In this document: piece after piece, positions 12,941 through 25,890 of the stretch
Layout of the letters: each line of letters begins with the position of its first letter
Numbering within the stretch: position 1 is the stretch's first letter
NCBI GenBank assembly: GCA_013239625.1
Contig: MU056050.1
Coordinates: 5,837,366-5,901,365, forward strand
Direction of reading: 5' to 3'
DNA: 64,000 nucleotides
Source: Lama guanicoe
Taxonomy: Eukaryota
The notes under the pieces: generated by a model
What the model saw: the letters and a program-made list of their open reading frames with translations, nothing else
Told to the model about the DNA's origin: nothing
The model's database searches: none
Program-made: the position numbers and the translations under genes

Positions 12941-15900
12941 ATTGAGATACACGGAGATGTAAACGTAGAGCAGAAGTGATTTCAGAAGTTCGATTTCAGA
13001 GGAGTTGTGGGGACAGCAATCTGGTTGGAAAGGGGCTTGAAGCTGTTTGCATAGCACTTTTTAACAGATGGCTGAAGTGGCTGTCATGGGAAGGGCTGAA
13101 GAAGATTGCAGGAGTGTTAACCATCTCCCCAGCCATTCCTTAATGCAGCCTGATATGCACATGAAGGTAGAAACAGTCTCAAGGAGAACACATCACCCCG
13201 CTACTTAAAAGCCTTTGAAAACTTACCACTGTATATGGGTTGAAACTCGTATTTTTATAAAGATTCACAAAGTCTTCTACAATTTAACTACAAACTCCTT
13301 TTCTAGTCTCTTACTCTGATATTTCATCCCCTAGCTACATTAGGGGCTATATATCCCTGCACTGTCTCTACGTTAGACTGCTAACTCTTCTTAAAATATG
13401 ATAGACATTTCCATTCTTCTGGGTTGTTAATCATATTATCCCTTCTATCTGTATTGCTGTCCCCTTTCATGTGTTGCAAATTTCTAACCATCACACAAAT
13501 CCCAGAAGCAAACGTCACTTTCTTGAAGTCTTTCCCAGCATAAAATACTATAATTGTTAATAATGGTAAACTCAACAATCGGGGAACAATATGTATTTGT
13601 TATCCTCAGTTTAATAAGGTAGGGTTGCATTAATCTAATTTCTTAAGTGGGAAAATTATCTCCTTAAAACGGTAAAGGTAAAAACTCATTTCACATTTCA
13701 AATGAGTTAAGTTTCAGTTATCTGGGATTTCATTTGTGTGCCACAAATTCTCTGATTATTGAAAATAAAAGTGACATTACTATACCTTCAAGATTCAAAC
13801 AGAAAACACACTATATATCATTGTGCATATATAATATTAATATTCCAGAGCTCTATTCATCATCTAACCAACATACAAATGATGGCTCTTCATTCCGTAT
13901 CTGTGGCTCACAAAGGACCTCAAAGAGTTAACATGTCTGTTTCACACTCCGGTCTGGAACGCCACTCTCTACTGGAATTCCGTTCCGAGCTTCCCGAATG
14001 CCTGCCTATGGGGATGTGGGTAATGGTGCCATCTGACACTTATCATAATTTCATTCAAAGTCATATTGCTTTTACATTGTATTTCTCTTTGCCATTCTGG
14101 CTCGTAACTGCCAGCAGCAGGCTCAAATTTTACCTAAATGCGAGCATTTTGACTTGGAGAAAGAACATTGCTCAGTGTCATTTGCTTAATAGTATACATT
14201 ACTACAGGGGGAGGGTTCTGACCCAGGGCCAAGTCCCCTGCATCCAGAGGGTGGGAAATTTGAAGGGCAAGGCAGCAGCCCCTGCAGAGATGTGAAAATC
14301 CTCGCTGAGCAGCGAAAAGTGGGAGAGGAAGAGAATCTCACTGGAACCTGTCACCCCAAATCAAGGCTGGCCCTCAGGCCCCAAGAAGGGAGGAAGGAAG
14401 ACAAGTACCCCTCAGCTGCCGGGTAAGGGAAGCTTCACCATCCCTCCTCGTGAAGGTCCTCCGCACAGGTAAGGCTAAATCAGCTCTAAGTGCTCATCAA
14501 AGAGACGCCACGAAAGATTTTAAAGAAGGCAGGTGATCCAAGCAGGATAACAAGAACCAAGGGACAGATAAACGGTTTTAATTCACCGGAAGATACGTTC
14601 TAAATAGAGCCTAGAAATAGAGACGTCTATAATGAGGGAAATGATAAGCCAGCCCTATGAGGTGGTAGAACTGCAGATGTGGAAGTAATAAGATTACAAC
14701 CTGAAGGGCAGAGGGAAGGGGATTACGCTGTGCATGTTCAGGAAGCAGTCAGGCTTCCTGCTGTCCAAGAAGTTGAAGGCATTTTCAGCGCTGGTTGAGG
14801 GTAAAGAGGCAAGAAATCAGGTTGGTAGGAAAAAAAATTGTACTTGGAGAGAGGGGAGATGATGGGGGTGCTGGCAGGGAATTGGGAAAAGAGGGAACAG
14901 CCAAAAACAGAAGCTTCTTTGATCTGGGGCAAGTGGAGTATGGTGGCCCCTTACTCCTTCCAGCCCTTGTCCAGACCCTCATTAAGACTCACCTCCTGCC
15001 CCCAACACTCCTGCAGGTCCCCGGAGCGCCACACAGCCTCTGTCTCAGGGTTCCCACTGACTGCCTATCCTACCCCAGGGGGCCCTACCCCAGTGGACCA
15101 GAATTTCACAATCTGCCGACCAAGTCAATGTCGTATTCCCTCCGGGAGGGCTTTTTAGGTGTCCGGGAGGCATGTGGGTTCCCCAGAAGTCTGCTTTCAA
15201 CCAGTGCTCGCTCACAGCAGGGGGGCCTTGCACTCCTCTGCTTCAGCTGAAAAGCACTACTTTTGTCATTTTATATATAAAGGTGCAGGATAATTCTGTC
15301 CAAAAGCAGGTCACTGTTCACCGAGATCTGAAAACTACTGTGACAAACACACAAGCCCCTCCTACTGCGAAAGCCCCCTTGAATGAAGCACTTGACTAGC
15401 TGACAAGGATGAGTGCGGGGAGGGCCTCTCCCATCACATTCTATGGGCAGCCATTTAAGGTTCATACCAGCTACAGATACAGGACTGTCAAGACCAGGCT
15501 CAGACGGTCGGGGTCCAAACAAAACAAAACTTGTTCAGAGCCCTTACAATGATGCATTGACTAAAGACCTTCACACAAAATTTTCTCAATAGCTCTGTCC
15601 TCTAGTACAGCCAGTCATTCCAGCAGAATTAATAGTCTTCTCCCCTTTATTTCTCTGAGATCGTACGTTCCTCCTTTCACCACAGCTTCTTACAATCCTT
15701 CCTGGATCTTTTATAGACACGTGTACTATCTTTAAATCTCCAAGGTGACAAGCTGACGGCATCTAAACATACACTGTGTCTTTCCAAACACATTACTCTC
15801 TAAATCTAGGCCCCCTACAGCAAACCAGTCCTTTGCCACAACTGCTGAGTATTTGGTTGTCCCAAATTTCAGGAGATTCCACCCTCTCTGTCTGTGGTTT

Positions 15901-16059
15901 GTAGATTTGATTCTCTCACTGAGCTAACACCATAAGACCAACCAATCGCAGATCTCACAAAGAATGAGACTGACATATTATCTATACACAAAGATCCATA
16001 TTTCTTAAGTGGTCACTATTTCTTTCTTTATTGAGTGCTTATTATATCCTCTTAAAATC

Positions 16060-16480
16060 CAAATTGCTGAGCACCACTTTAAAGATTCTCCATGATTCTG
16101 ATCCATCAAAATCTCCAACCTTCATATCTCACAGCATCCTTTTGTCTGTCTCTATTCTAAACACTCTGGTCTACTGACCAGCACTTAAAACTTTATACCT
16201 CCCCTTCCTTTGTTCTTGCTAGTTGTAGTGCCCTTCCCCACATGCTAATCATTTTCCAAGGCCGAGGTCAAATGCCACTTCTTGATAAAATTTACCTGAT
16301 CCTTCCAGTGAGACAGTACCACCTCACTGTGTAACTACTGGCATTTTCTGCTTGGAGCTCTCCTGGGCACTTCCACACTCTACTTTCTGATCATGTATTT
16401 GTCTGGATCCTGTCCCCTAAGAAGTGCTAAGTCCCAGAGGGCAGAAGTCAGGTCTAGTTTGTTTCAGTTTACCCACTATG
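16060..16480 (+). mobile_element. L2 LINE 3' region remnant
   Basis: ttccaaggccgaggtcaaatgccacttc...taagtcccagagggcagaagtcaggtctagttt. Confidence 0.55.
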
Positions 16481-17119
16481 GCCTCACCAAAATGCTTCTT
16501 TTAAATGAGAATCACCGGCCATAGCCATGCTTATTTCACCATATGACTGAAGAGAGCCTTGCAAAATGTAATTTGTACACCTGGCAGTAAATCTGTTTTG
16601 AAGAACACTTTTGCACGTATATTTCAATGACTCAAGAGGACTCGGAGAATCCTTTAATCCAGGACTTGATTGTGATGAGTGCACCAGTGGCATAAACAAA
16701 GAAGTCCCTTCTGAGGAAAATGTTGTAATGGGACAAGACCTTAGACTGTGAAATTCTTTTCATTTGTGGGTTTCTTCCCCCCAGGGGGTGCCTCAAGACT
16801 TGATAGCATCCCTAAAGACATTGTTTTTCTCTGTTCCCTCCTGCTTTAAAAACAAAAGGTCTTTCGAAATTCCATCTCATCAGCTGACACAGCCATGCAT
16901 ATATCATTCTAGTTCAAGAAAAGAAAACCCCTACAGATGGAGTCCATTCCCTCAAGAATTCACTAAAAATATAAACTATTTTCCTACCAAAATATTTTAA
17001 CATAACTATGTTATTTATTTATGCATCAAATTCCACAAAGAACTTTATAATAAGAATACACTTAGATAATGATTAAATATAAAAAGGGAATTGGGACTAG
17101 GACAGATACAAATTATACC

Positions 17120-17270
17120 TATTTATTTGTCGATTCACCTATTTTCTGTGTCAATCTCCTACTTGACAATAAGCTCTTTGAGGGCAGGGTTTATATCTGT
17201 TCCATTCACCACTGTTTACTTAGCACTCGGTATATAGCAGGTACTCAATAAACATGGGTTGAATTAATGA
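17120..17270 (+). mobile_element. L2 3' terminus
   Basis: aagctctttgagggcaggg...atagcaggtactcaataaacatgggttgaattaatga. Confidence 0.75.
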
Positions 17271-18884
17271 GTTTTAAAGTAACATTGGGTGTAGACCATA
17301 AAGCAAAATCTGCATGCTGTCTTTAAGCCTCAAACTTGGATGTGAACTCCCTGGAAGCCAAAGCAAAAAGGAAGGTGGATTTAATTCTCAAAACAAGTCA
17401 TTCATACCAGTTTGTCAAGTGAAGCAAACCTTTCTCTAGAATTCACTTTCAAATAAATTGCTCACATGGCGTTTATAACAGGCGCTGTGTTATATACCAA
17501 AGGACACCCTTAACATTACTTCTCTGGCTTTCCTTCCGCTGTTTATTATCACATACTTTGAAAACAGCAGAGGCCAGAACGTTAAAACATGAACTGAGTT
17601 GAAGGGGAGGCTCCATTGAGAGACTAAGAAAAGAGAGATGTGTTAATATATATCCTTCTGCAGACCTGGCTTGATTCAAGCATGGAATTTTAAATTCCTT
17701 TAGATCCTCCATACTGCTAACACAATACTTCTCATCCATTATATGCTTGCTGCCAACTAATCAGTCATTTTAAAATATCCAATTGTATTCAGTGAGTCCC
17801 ACTCTTCACTTCCACCTGTGTTCCTTTGCTTTTGTTGTTCCCAATATCTGGAAAGTTTTCTCTACCTTATCTCCATCTGTCAAAGTATAACCTATCTTTC
17901 AAAATTAACCAGAAAATGCTACTTACTTTTTTCAAACACTTCTCAACTAGCTATATGATTCTTTGACATCCCAAGGTATAATTTACCTCCTTTACTTCAT
18001 ATTTGTATGACTACTTTGTGTTAAAATCACCTAGAAATGTTACCTTTATGCCAGGAATTCGGTCTTGCTCATGTCTAAATTCTCAGAAGGACCTACCATC
18101 CCATGTTGCACTAACAAGGCATTTACAAAATATTCAGTTAAATAACAGTGGGTTGGTAATTGCCAGATTTGGTTAACCTCATTCAGATAATCACATTGGC
18201 AATTCAGGTCAATCCATAAATCCTGGAAATTTTTCCAAAGGTATTATGAAAGTAATAATACTTAGCAAGTTGGGTGTAAACAGGAAAGAACATTTATGAG
18301 TATGGGAACTATGATGTTTAGGACAAAAAACAGGGATCCACCAAGTTCAGAATTTCAGGATGGCATAAGCCATCTTATTCAGTTTTGTTATCACAGATTA
18401 TAATCCTGATTGTACCATGGCCATGTGCCTTCTTTAGGAATTTATAGTGCACTGAACCTAACGGCTAGAAAAACTGCTCTTTGGGCAAAGACTCTGGGCT
18501 TTGGGGGAAGAATCACTGTGTGCAATCTCACCCTGAGAAGACTTATGACATGTCATCAGCAGCCTCAGTTTCTTGACTTTGTGCACAGAGACTTCCAGCT
18601 GCTTCTGCCCAGCGTATGCTCAGTTTTCATGTTGTTTCTCTAACCAATGCTAGACATCAAGATCTGACCACTGCATCTCAAACTCATCCTACCACCAGTG
18701 CCTCTAGATTTCTTCCACTCAGGCTTCATTTTCACAGAAGTTGTAGGCTGTTACCAGCTGAATGTATTGCATCTCTTTTCCGGCAATCTTACGTTTCACG
18801 AAGGTCTAGAGGCTGTGCTTATAAGAGAAAGGAGAGAAAGGATGGCAGGGGCCAAGGGACCCAATTGCTTAAAAAAGAAAAAAG

Positions 18885-19000
18885 ATAACAGCTTTACTGA
18901 GATATAGTCCACAAACAAAATTTTCCCTTTCAAAGTGATTTTTAGTATAGTCACTGAGTCCTACACCATCACCACAATCTAATTTGAAAACATTCCCAAC
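18885..19000 (-). mobile_element. Old L1 (L1MB-like) 3' end fragment
   Basis: taacagctttactgagatatagt...caccatcaccacaatctaatttgaaaacatt. Confidence 0.65.
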
Positions 19001-19473
19001 TGCTGCCTTTTGTTGAATGCTTTTGATCACAAATGGGACTGAGAAACATAGCATCCAATGCCTAGCCTCACCGTAGAAGACACAAAGTGTGAAACATCAT
19101 GAATAGCAACCATCTATGAAAGAAGTAACAAAGACGCTAGCCCGAAATTCTGTTCTTTTGTATGAAAGTGACATGCCATCCTTTTTGAATATCTGACAAA
19201 ATGTAATTATGAAGTACTTTTACATTCAGATATCTCAATGAGTAATTAAAACCACAAAGAAGGCAAGTAGAATGTGGATACTAAATATAGCAGCTGAAAA
19301 TTGGAATTGTGTGAGATGCTACCTACTTAGTTGATCAATTAGAAAAATAAAGATGTATTGATGGGACCATTTTTTCTGATCATCTGTCAAAACTACCATA
19401 TATGCAATTTTTACTAATAAGCATCTTATTCTAGTTTTGATCTCCAGCTGAAAACAACTCCAGAGTTCCTACG

Positions 19474-19486
19474 GTTGCTAGGGAAC
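19474..19486. promoter_or_regulatory. Candidate RFX X-box
   Basis: GTTGCTAGGGAAC resembles the RFX X-box, in repeat-free sequence. Confidence 0.35.
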
Positions 19487-20849
19487 CCACAAATATGATT
19501 CTTCAAGCTCTTATAATATAAAGGTATAATTATACACTTGCTTACAGGAAAAGGAAAAAAAGGGGGGGGGAGCCATCCAAAGATTTTTCTTCCCTAAAAT
19601 GAGATTACAATGCAATCATTTCTATACAAAAAATAAATAAAATGACGCAGGGAAACAGCAGTAAACATGATAACAAGGAAATCATCTGAACTTTCTGTTG
19701 TTCTCTCCCACCCTCCATCCCTTCACATCTATTCTTTATGATGGAATCATTTTGATTTGGGCCCCAATGCAAGATGCCATCTTCTGTTACTGCGTTCAGT
19801 AATAGTCCATTTAGCTCCCCTCCAAAATTAGAAACAAGAAGCTCATTAGAGTGGGTTATGAAATTTACTCCTGATAGATTCTCAAATTTGTTATTAATAT
19901 TTCATTATTGTGATTGCTGATGGTCTCGGGTTCAGGGGGAAGCTTTTCTGGGATAATCAATCTCCTGTCTTTATGAGAAACATTATTCATAAACTTATGT
20001 AAAAGGTCTGCTCTTTCATTATAGTATAACCAGCTAACAATCTATCTGACCTTGCAATTACTGGCTTATCTCCATGATACATTGCAATGGAGTTATTAAT
20101 TCCACTTCCTTAAGACTTTCATTCTTTTGCTCTCTAGGTCAGCCAGGGAGAATGATAGAGATTCCATTAATAACAATTATCAGCAGCTCAGGAGGCATGT
20201 GAAAAACATTCTTTCAAAAAGTGAGGATTTGCTCCTGAAGAAAAGTAAATGTAAGTAACTCCAATTCCAGGAAAACCCTTTCTCTGAACTCAAGAACATC
20301 AACTTGAAGGTAGCAGTTACTGGCTAATGAAATGAAAACAAGAAAATTTAACAGCATCCTGGCCCTCAGCTGGAAATGGACCACTTTGTTTCTCAGGAGC
20401 CTTCTGGCAAAATCCCCAACTGTTGCCTTTACCCTGTTCCCAAGGGTCCTGCTTGTTGCATAACTTCCCACTGCTAGCCAGCCAGTGAGAGAGGAAGGAG
20501 GCAAGTCTCCAAACTGCTGTCCCAAAGTCTCAGCTGTGCAGACAAATGCCCCGTTCCAACAGTGAGCATACATCCAACTTTGCTTACAGTCCATTTGTCC
20601 CAGTCAGAAACGCTCTTAGTGCCCCTTCTACTTCAGGGGAAGCATGTTTTTCCCGGAAGTTGATTTCTTTCTCCTACCATCCTGGACCACTCTCTGTTTG
20701 CCTCCTGACAGGGCCTAACTATTTCAGGAACCCACCCCCATAGTGGCTTCACTTGCTCAAGGCACCAGCGCCGCTATCCACACCTTCAGATGATATCCTT
20801 TTGTGATGACACAATAATCTAGAGCAGTTCTCTTCTGGTTCCAAGTATA

Positions 20850-21050
20850 GTTACTTACTCAAGAACAAGTATTTAGTAGACATCTGCTATCACCCGGCAC
20901 CGTTCTCAACACTAAGGTAGCACAGAGAACAAAAGAGAGCAAAATACGGACGCTGATGCAACTCTCATCTCATTAGGAGAGTGAGATAAAAAAAAAAAAA
21001 GCAAGGAAACATACAGTATGTGTCTAATGGTGGTCCAGGCTACAGATGGG
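20850..21050 (-). mobile_element. L2 3' terminus remnant
   Basis: actcaagaacaagtatttagtagacatctgctatcacccggcaccgttct. Confidence 0.55.
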
Positions 21051-22475
21051 AATAACATACAGATGCAGGATAACCATTGCTAGGGCAGGGTTTTGGGTAG
21101 AAAGGAGAAGCAGTTATAACTATCTCTTGATCGCTCTTTCAAAATGTGTTTTTACTGCCCTGTTACGTGTGTTTACCTATATTCTTCTTGGAAAGAATAG
21201 AGCAGGATTTATAGTAGAGATAAATAAATACATTTATCCTATATTATTTCTAAATTCCTCTGCCTGGTTTTTAGGGTCCTCCACATTCTGATCAAAATCT
21301 ACCTTTCAGTATTTCAGTCTCAAATCACAGAATGGGAAGACTATGCAACCCTCTGACATCACTCTTGCTGGTGCACCTTGGCTAGTTGGGCACAAACTTC
21401 CCTCTCAAAGTTCTCTAACACATCTCATCTATGGTAATATCATAAAAGGGTGCCAGGGCATTCCTACCATTCAACGGGAAGATAAGTCCTGCCCATGAGG
21501 CTTTGGATGCTGGAGGTGGGGTAGGTAAGAGCCCACCCCCATTAAAAGAGCAGCCTGACAGGCTAAGACTTAAGTTAGATGGAAGAGGCTGGAAAAAGCA
21601 CATGCTCACTGCCTGCCAATTATCCATCAGTACACGTGCCTTCATTGCCAGCCCTGGAGGTCGAAACATTGGCTATAAGGCAACAGCGGGAAGAATCTTT
21701 AGGAGGGAACCTTTCACTTCATGCCACACCTCTGCAGTGTGTACTGAAATTTGAACCGAAATATTCATCCACAAGACACGTTTCTTGCGCTCCGTGGGAC
21801 TGAGTATACCAAGTTAAGGTGAGACACAAAAGACAGATATCTGAGATCAGCTGAGAATTAAGCCAGACTTCTCTGGGGAACACATAAATAAGAAGGGCCA
21901 CAACAAAGAGAAAAGGTACAGTCATAAATATAAACCATATTTCTCTAATCCTTGAAAAAGACAGGTCATAAAAAGTCCCAGAGAGAAGGAACTCCTTATA
22001 AGAAAATATTGTAACCTGTATGAGAAAGAAGATTCAGAGCTTGACTTACCAAATCCAAGACTAGTAACGTCAGCTAGGAAGAAGGATTTCACTAACATCT
22101 GAAGTCTGAAAGTACTTTTAAAAAGAATGAGTTCCTGGTAAAACTGCAAGGCAAATCCCTGAATATGCATGGTATATATGGATGAGGAAAGGCAGTTCAG
22201 AAGGTGTTATCATGCCCAGAATGTATGGTGCCTTAAGTTTCTAAGATTTATAAAAAGCAGTGAGAAGGAAAGAAAAATCGCTGTTGATACGCTTGTATCC
22301 AATCAAAATTGCATAATGATTAGTTTGCCAGTAGAATTTAGAGTATAAGAAAAAGGCATCAGATTTCTTCAGCAGAGGAGAAACTAATAAGGGTCAATTG
22401 ACCAAGGTCAATAAACCGTCTCTATTTATACCCAACACGTCCCAGGGGAACATTGTGTAGACTCAAAAGGGGGAG

Positions 22476-22877
22476 TTGGTCTTAGCTGCCGTAACACATC
22501 ATCACAAACTGATGGTTTCGGGAGATATATTCTCTCACTGTTCCTAAATCAAGGTGTTAGCAGGGTTGGTTCCTTCCAGAGGCTCCTAGCTTCCGGTTGC
22601 TGCCACTATTCCTTGGCCTGTAGTTGTATCATGTTATTCCCTGCCTCCATTTTCCAATGGCCTTTTCCCCTGTATTTCAAATATTTCTCTCTTTTCTCAT
22701 ATAAGAACACCAGTCATTAGACTTAAGGATCACCCTACATCCAGGACGATATCATCCCAATGTCCTTAACTTAGTTGTATCTGCAGAGACCCTGTTTCCA
22801 AACAAGGTCACATTCACAGGTACTGGAGGTAAGGACTTGGACAGATCTTTTTGAAGGACACCATTCAACCCCCTACA
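22476..22877 (-). mobile_element. MaLR solo LTR (MLT1C-like)
   Basis: Reverse complement starts tgtagggggttgaatggtgtcc...acctgtgaatgtgaccttgtttggaaacagggtctctgcagat; other end gctgccgtaacacatcatcacaaactg. Confidence 0.8.
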
Positions 22878-24499
22878 GAGCTGATCTGAAGGAGAAGGGT
22901 AAACTCCAGCAGCAGCTCTGGCAGGGCAGGCAGTTCAACAACTATCTGCTCCTTATCAAAGAGCCAGATATCCACTGGTCTAGGGGAAATTAGTGGTACT
23001 AGTTTTGAGGAGCTTGGCTCTTTTCCAAGGGCTTCTTCAAAGAGGAGAGCACCCAACTCCAAAAATGCAATCTGTCAAGAGCTCTGTCCCTGAGGATGTC
23101 ACATCTGCAAACTGCCCCATCCCTCTGGTGCTAATAGGTGCATGCCCTTGTCTGCCAAGGCTCTTCTTGAGTCCAAGACAAAAAATACCTAAGACAAAAA
23201 ACCCTAATGGGTACACACATCATGACACTCCAGAAAAAAGCAAATGTGTGAGGGCAACATTAGCACCTTAAATAAAACTAAAAATGATTAGATAATGAGT
23301 CCAATTATGTGTCACTGCCTGTAAATGTCTAGCTGTCTGGCACACAGTAGGTGCTCAACCAAGACACATCAAGTGTTTGAATGAACCACAGATTTTTGTG
23401 TTTAAGTCAACATTCATTGTTCAATTGTGAGAACAGGGCACCAACAAGGATAGAGATGTAAAACTGACTGCCAGGCAGACTGGGTGGCTGTGCTCAGAAA
23501 AGTTACACTCCACCGACAAACAACTTCTCTCCTGTGCCCTAATACAAAAAAAAAAGGTGAAAGGTATCAATGACTGCACACAGCAACCAAGAAAATGAAG
23601 GGTGCTTTTGGCTGCCAAGTTTGGAACCTCAGGAATATAGCAGATGGAAAAATACATTCCAGAATACGGCAGGAAGCCAGCTGTAGACACGCATGGTATC
23701 TAGAAATCGGTTCCCCTCACACCACATTTCATTATCGGCAAGACACTCTCATTCTTCCAGTGCCAATGACACGTGTGATGTATGATCCCAGTACATACAC
23801 GTACACTTCATTCTAGAGTAAAATTATTACAAGGAAATAGCCAATAGTCCTCATATATCCTATTATAATAAAGCCTCAAAAGATGGATTAACTTTGCAAA
23901 CAGGATGGCTGTAAATAGAATACAAAACTCAACAGCCCATTAGCCCTTTCCATAACATTATATGACATGAACTGAAACATTCTCTATCCTAAATGCTACA
24001 AGTCTTAAATGGAGGAGAAACTCCACAGAGTCCCTTATCAAACACCTGTCACATTCTTTCAGGTATAAGTAACAACAATGAAGACCTAGTGCCCCCTTCA
24101 TAACTCGATGGTTTGCGGGACTGCTCCTCTTATAGCTTCTGTGTAAGTAAAAAGGTGTAAAAAGTTAAAGAAGCCCAAGTTGACAAAACCGGTACCCTGA
24201 CACTGGAAAATACCCAGTTATTACCCAGACTGCCCTGCACTACAAAAATCTGGGCTTTTTCTTCAGCATACTTGGCAATTCAAACAGGCTTGGCTAGAAA
24301 AGTCACTGATCCATAACTAGAAGGCAACAAAATGTCATCAAATGTTCCTTTGCCCAAGAAGAGTGTGCGCACGTGCGGGGGGGAGGGGGGTACTTGGTTG
24401 AGCGCTAAAGAGCGAGTGCTTTAACGCAACACAAATTCTGTTGCCTTCGAGCAGTACGCTGCAGGGCTGACACCTTCCCATGCCTGTTTTTGGGTGTGT

Positions 24500-24730
24500 G
24501 CCTCATTCTAGCAATTAACCACAATAGCTTTATTATGGTCCATGGAACAGCTAATCAATCGGGTGGGCTGCTGGTTCCAGTCCACAGCCGGTCCTGGGTG
24601 CCTGCATAATGCCCACAATTTTGTTCCCAGCTGTTCACTCTAATCCATTTATAGCTGTTTATGGCTCACAGTCAGAGAAATCATCTATTTACAGCTCATT
24701 CATCATTCTTAACATTTTCACAAATCCAGG
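24500..24730. promoter_or_regulatory. Candidate developmental enhancer (homeodomain motif cluster)
   Basis: Repeat-free block with TTTATTATGG, TAATCAATC, TAATCC, TTTATAGC, TTTATGGC, CAGCTG and CTATTTACAG. Confidence 0.4.
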
Positions 24731-25280
24731 CCGAATGCTCTGAGGGTAGGAAATCAACCCAGACTTCCACGGTCCCCTTTGCTATCTCAGCCCACCAAAC
24801 TTCCTTCTTCTCTGAAAGCAACACACACCGTATTTTGTGACACTCCAAGTTTACACGCAACTGGTTTCACCTGACCCACGAGATGATGCTTCTCGAAGTT
24901 TAAAAAGCCAATGTGTAATTCTGATTTCTCTTCTACTGTACAGGGGCCCAGCTGATTTCACAGTGGTTGCACTAGGTCTCTGGAAGTGGGGTAGGATGCG
25001 TACAGATGAAAGTCAACAACCAGTGTGAATAATGCTGGAATGCTAATGGGAAATCAGACTATAGAAGCAGTGTCGCTTAAGAGTGTCACCAATATAGTAA
25101 AAAGTTAAGTCTCTTCAAAATAATCACTCCAACTCTCCCGCCATTTTTGTTCCACACATTGGTACAAGCTCTATGTACATCATTACCGAACAAAAGTGGA
25201 ATGTCAGTCTCGTGCCTTGTGAAACCAGTGCTCTGAAAAAACCTGCTGAAATTTTCTAATAAAACTTACAAGACAAAATT

Positions 25281-25890
25281 TGTCTTAACTGGGGGAAGAT
25301 ACAATTCTATGTCACCTAGGAGTCAATGCCCTCCAGGCAAAGACCACCAGAGACACATCTATCATTGCACAAATTTAAATATATTGGTTTACTGCAATGA
25401 GGGGACAGTACACCATGGAGAAATCGGAGGTATTTTCAACAAAGAATGTGTCACAAAATTTGGGCTGGTCCTGGGTTATTCTAAAGAGTAAGGTTTAAGT
25501 ACTCGGGGCCATGCTCTGGATGAGGCTCTCTAAGGAAGCAGCAGTAATTCTAAGATTGGAACACAGTCATTTTTATGGAAGAGGAACAAGGAAAGCAGTG
25601 GGTCTATGAATCAAATTGATGGAGCAGGAGCCGTCATGTGTTTTCACCGGGAGAGGAAGATGTTTGGTCATTTTTGTGGTTTGGAAAGCGGTCTTGTTTT
25701 TTGTCTGGGCTCAGCCATAGTTACCAAGTGGTCTTGTTTGGTCTTGCTTTGTCTTGATCACAGAGTGTCCTTGATCGATGCTGGTGTTCAGTGAAATTCT
25801 TTTCTGTTCAACAGAATGCCCCGGCCTACATCAGAGTGCCAGGACAGCAGCAGGCACCCAGCAGTCAGGGGCCATGCTTTTCTCACTGCC
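25281..25890 (-). mobile_element. Probable ERV-type solo LTR (family not determined)
   Basis: LTR-like composition: caggcaaagaccaccag, repeated ggtcttgttt motifs, ends gcttttctcac. Confidence 0.45.

Noticed and set aside
15213..15228. CTCF-like cagcaggggggcc
   Set aside because: Spacing deviates from the CTCF core (extra G); weak match.
22050..22105. Minus-strand donor TTG|gtaagt with nearby acceptors
   Set aside because: Ambiguous acceptor, unrecognised peptide; such donors occur by chance in 64 kb.
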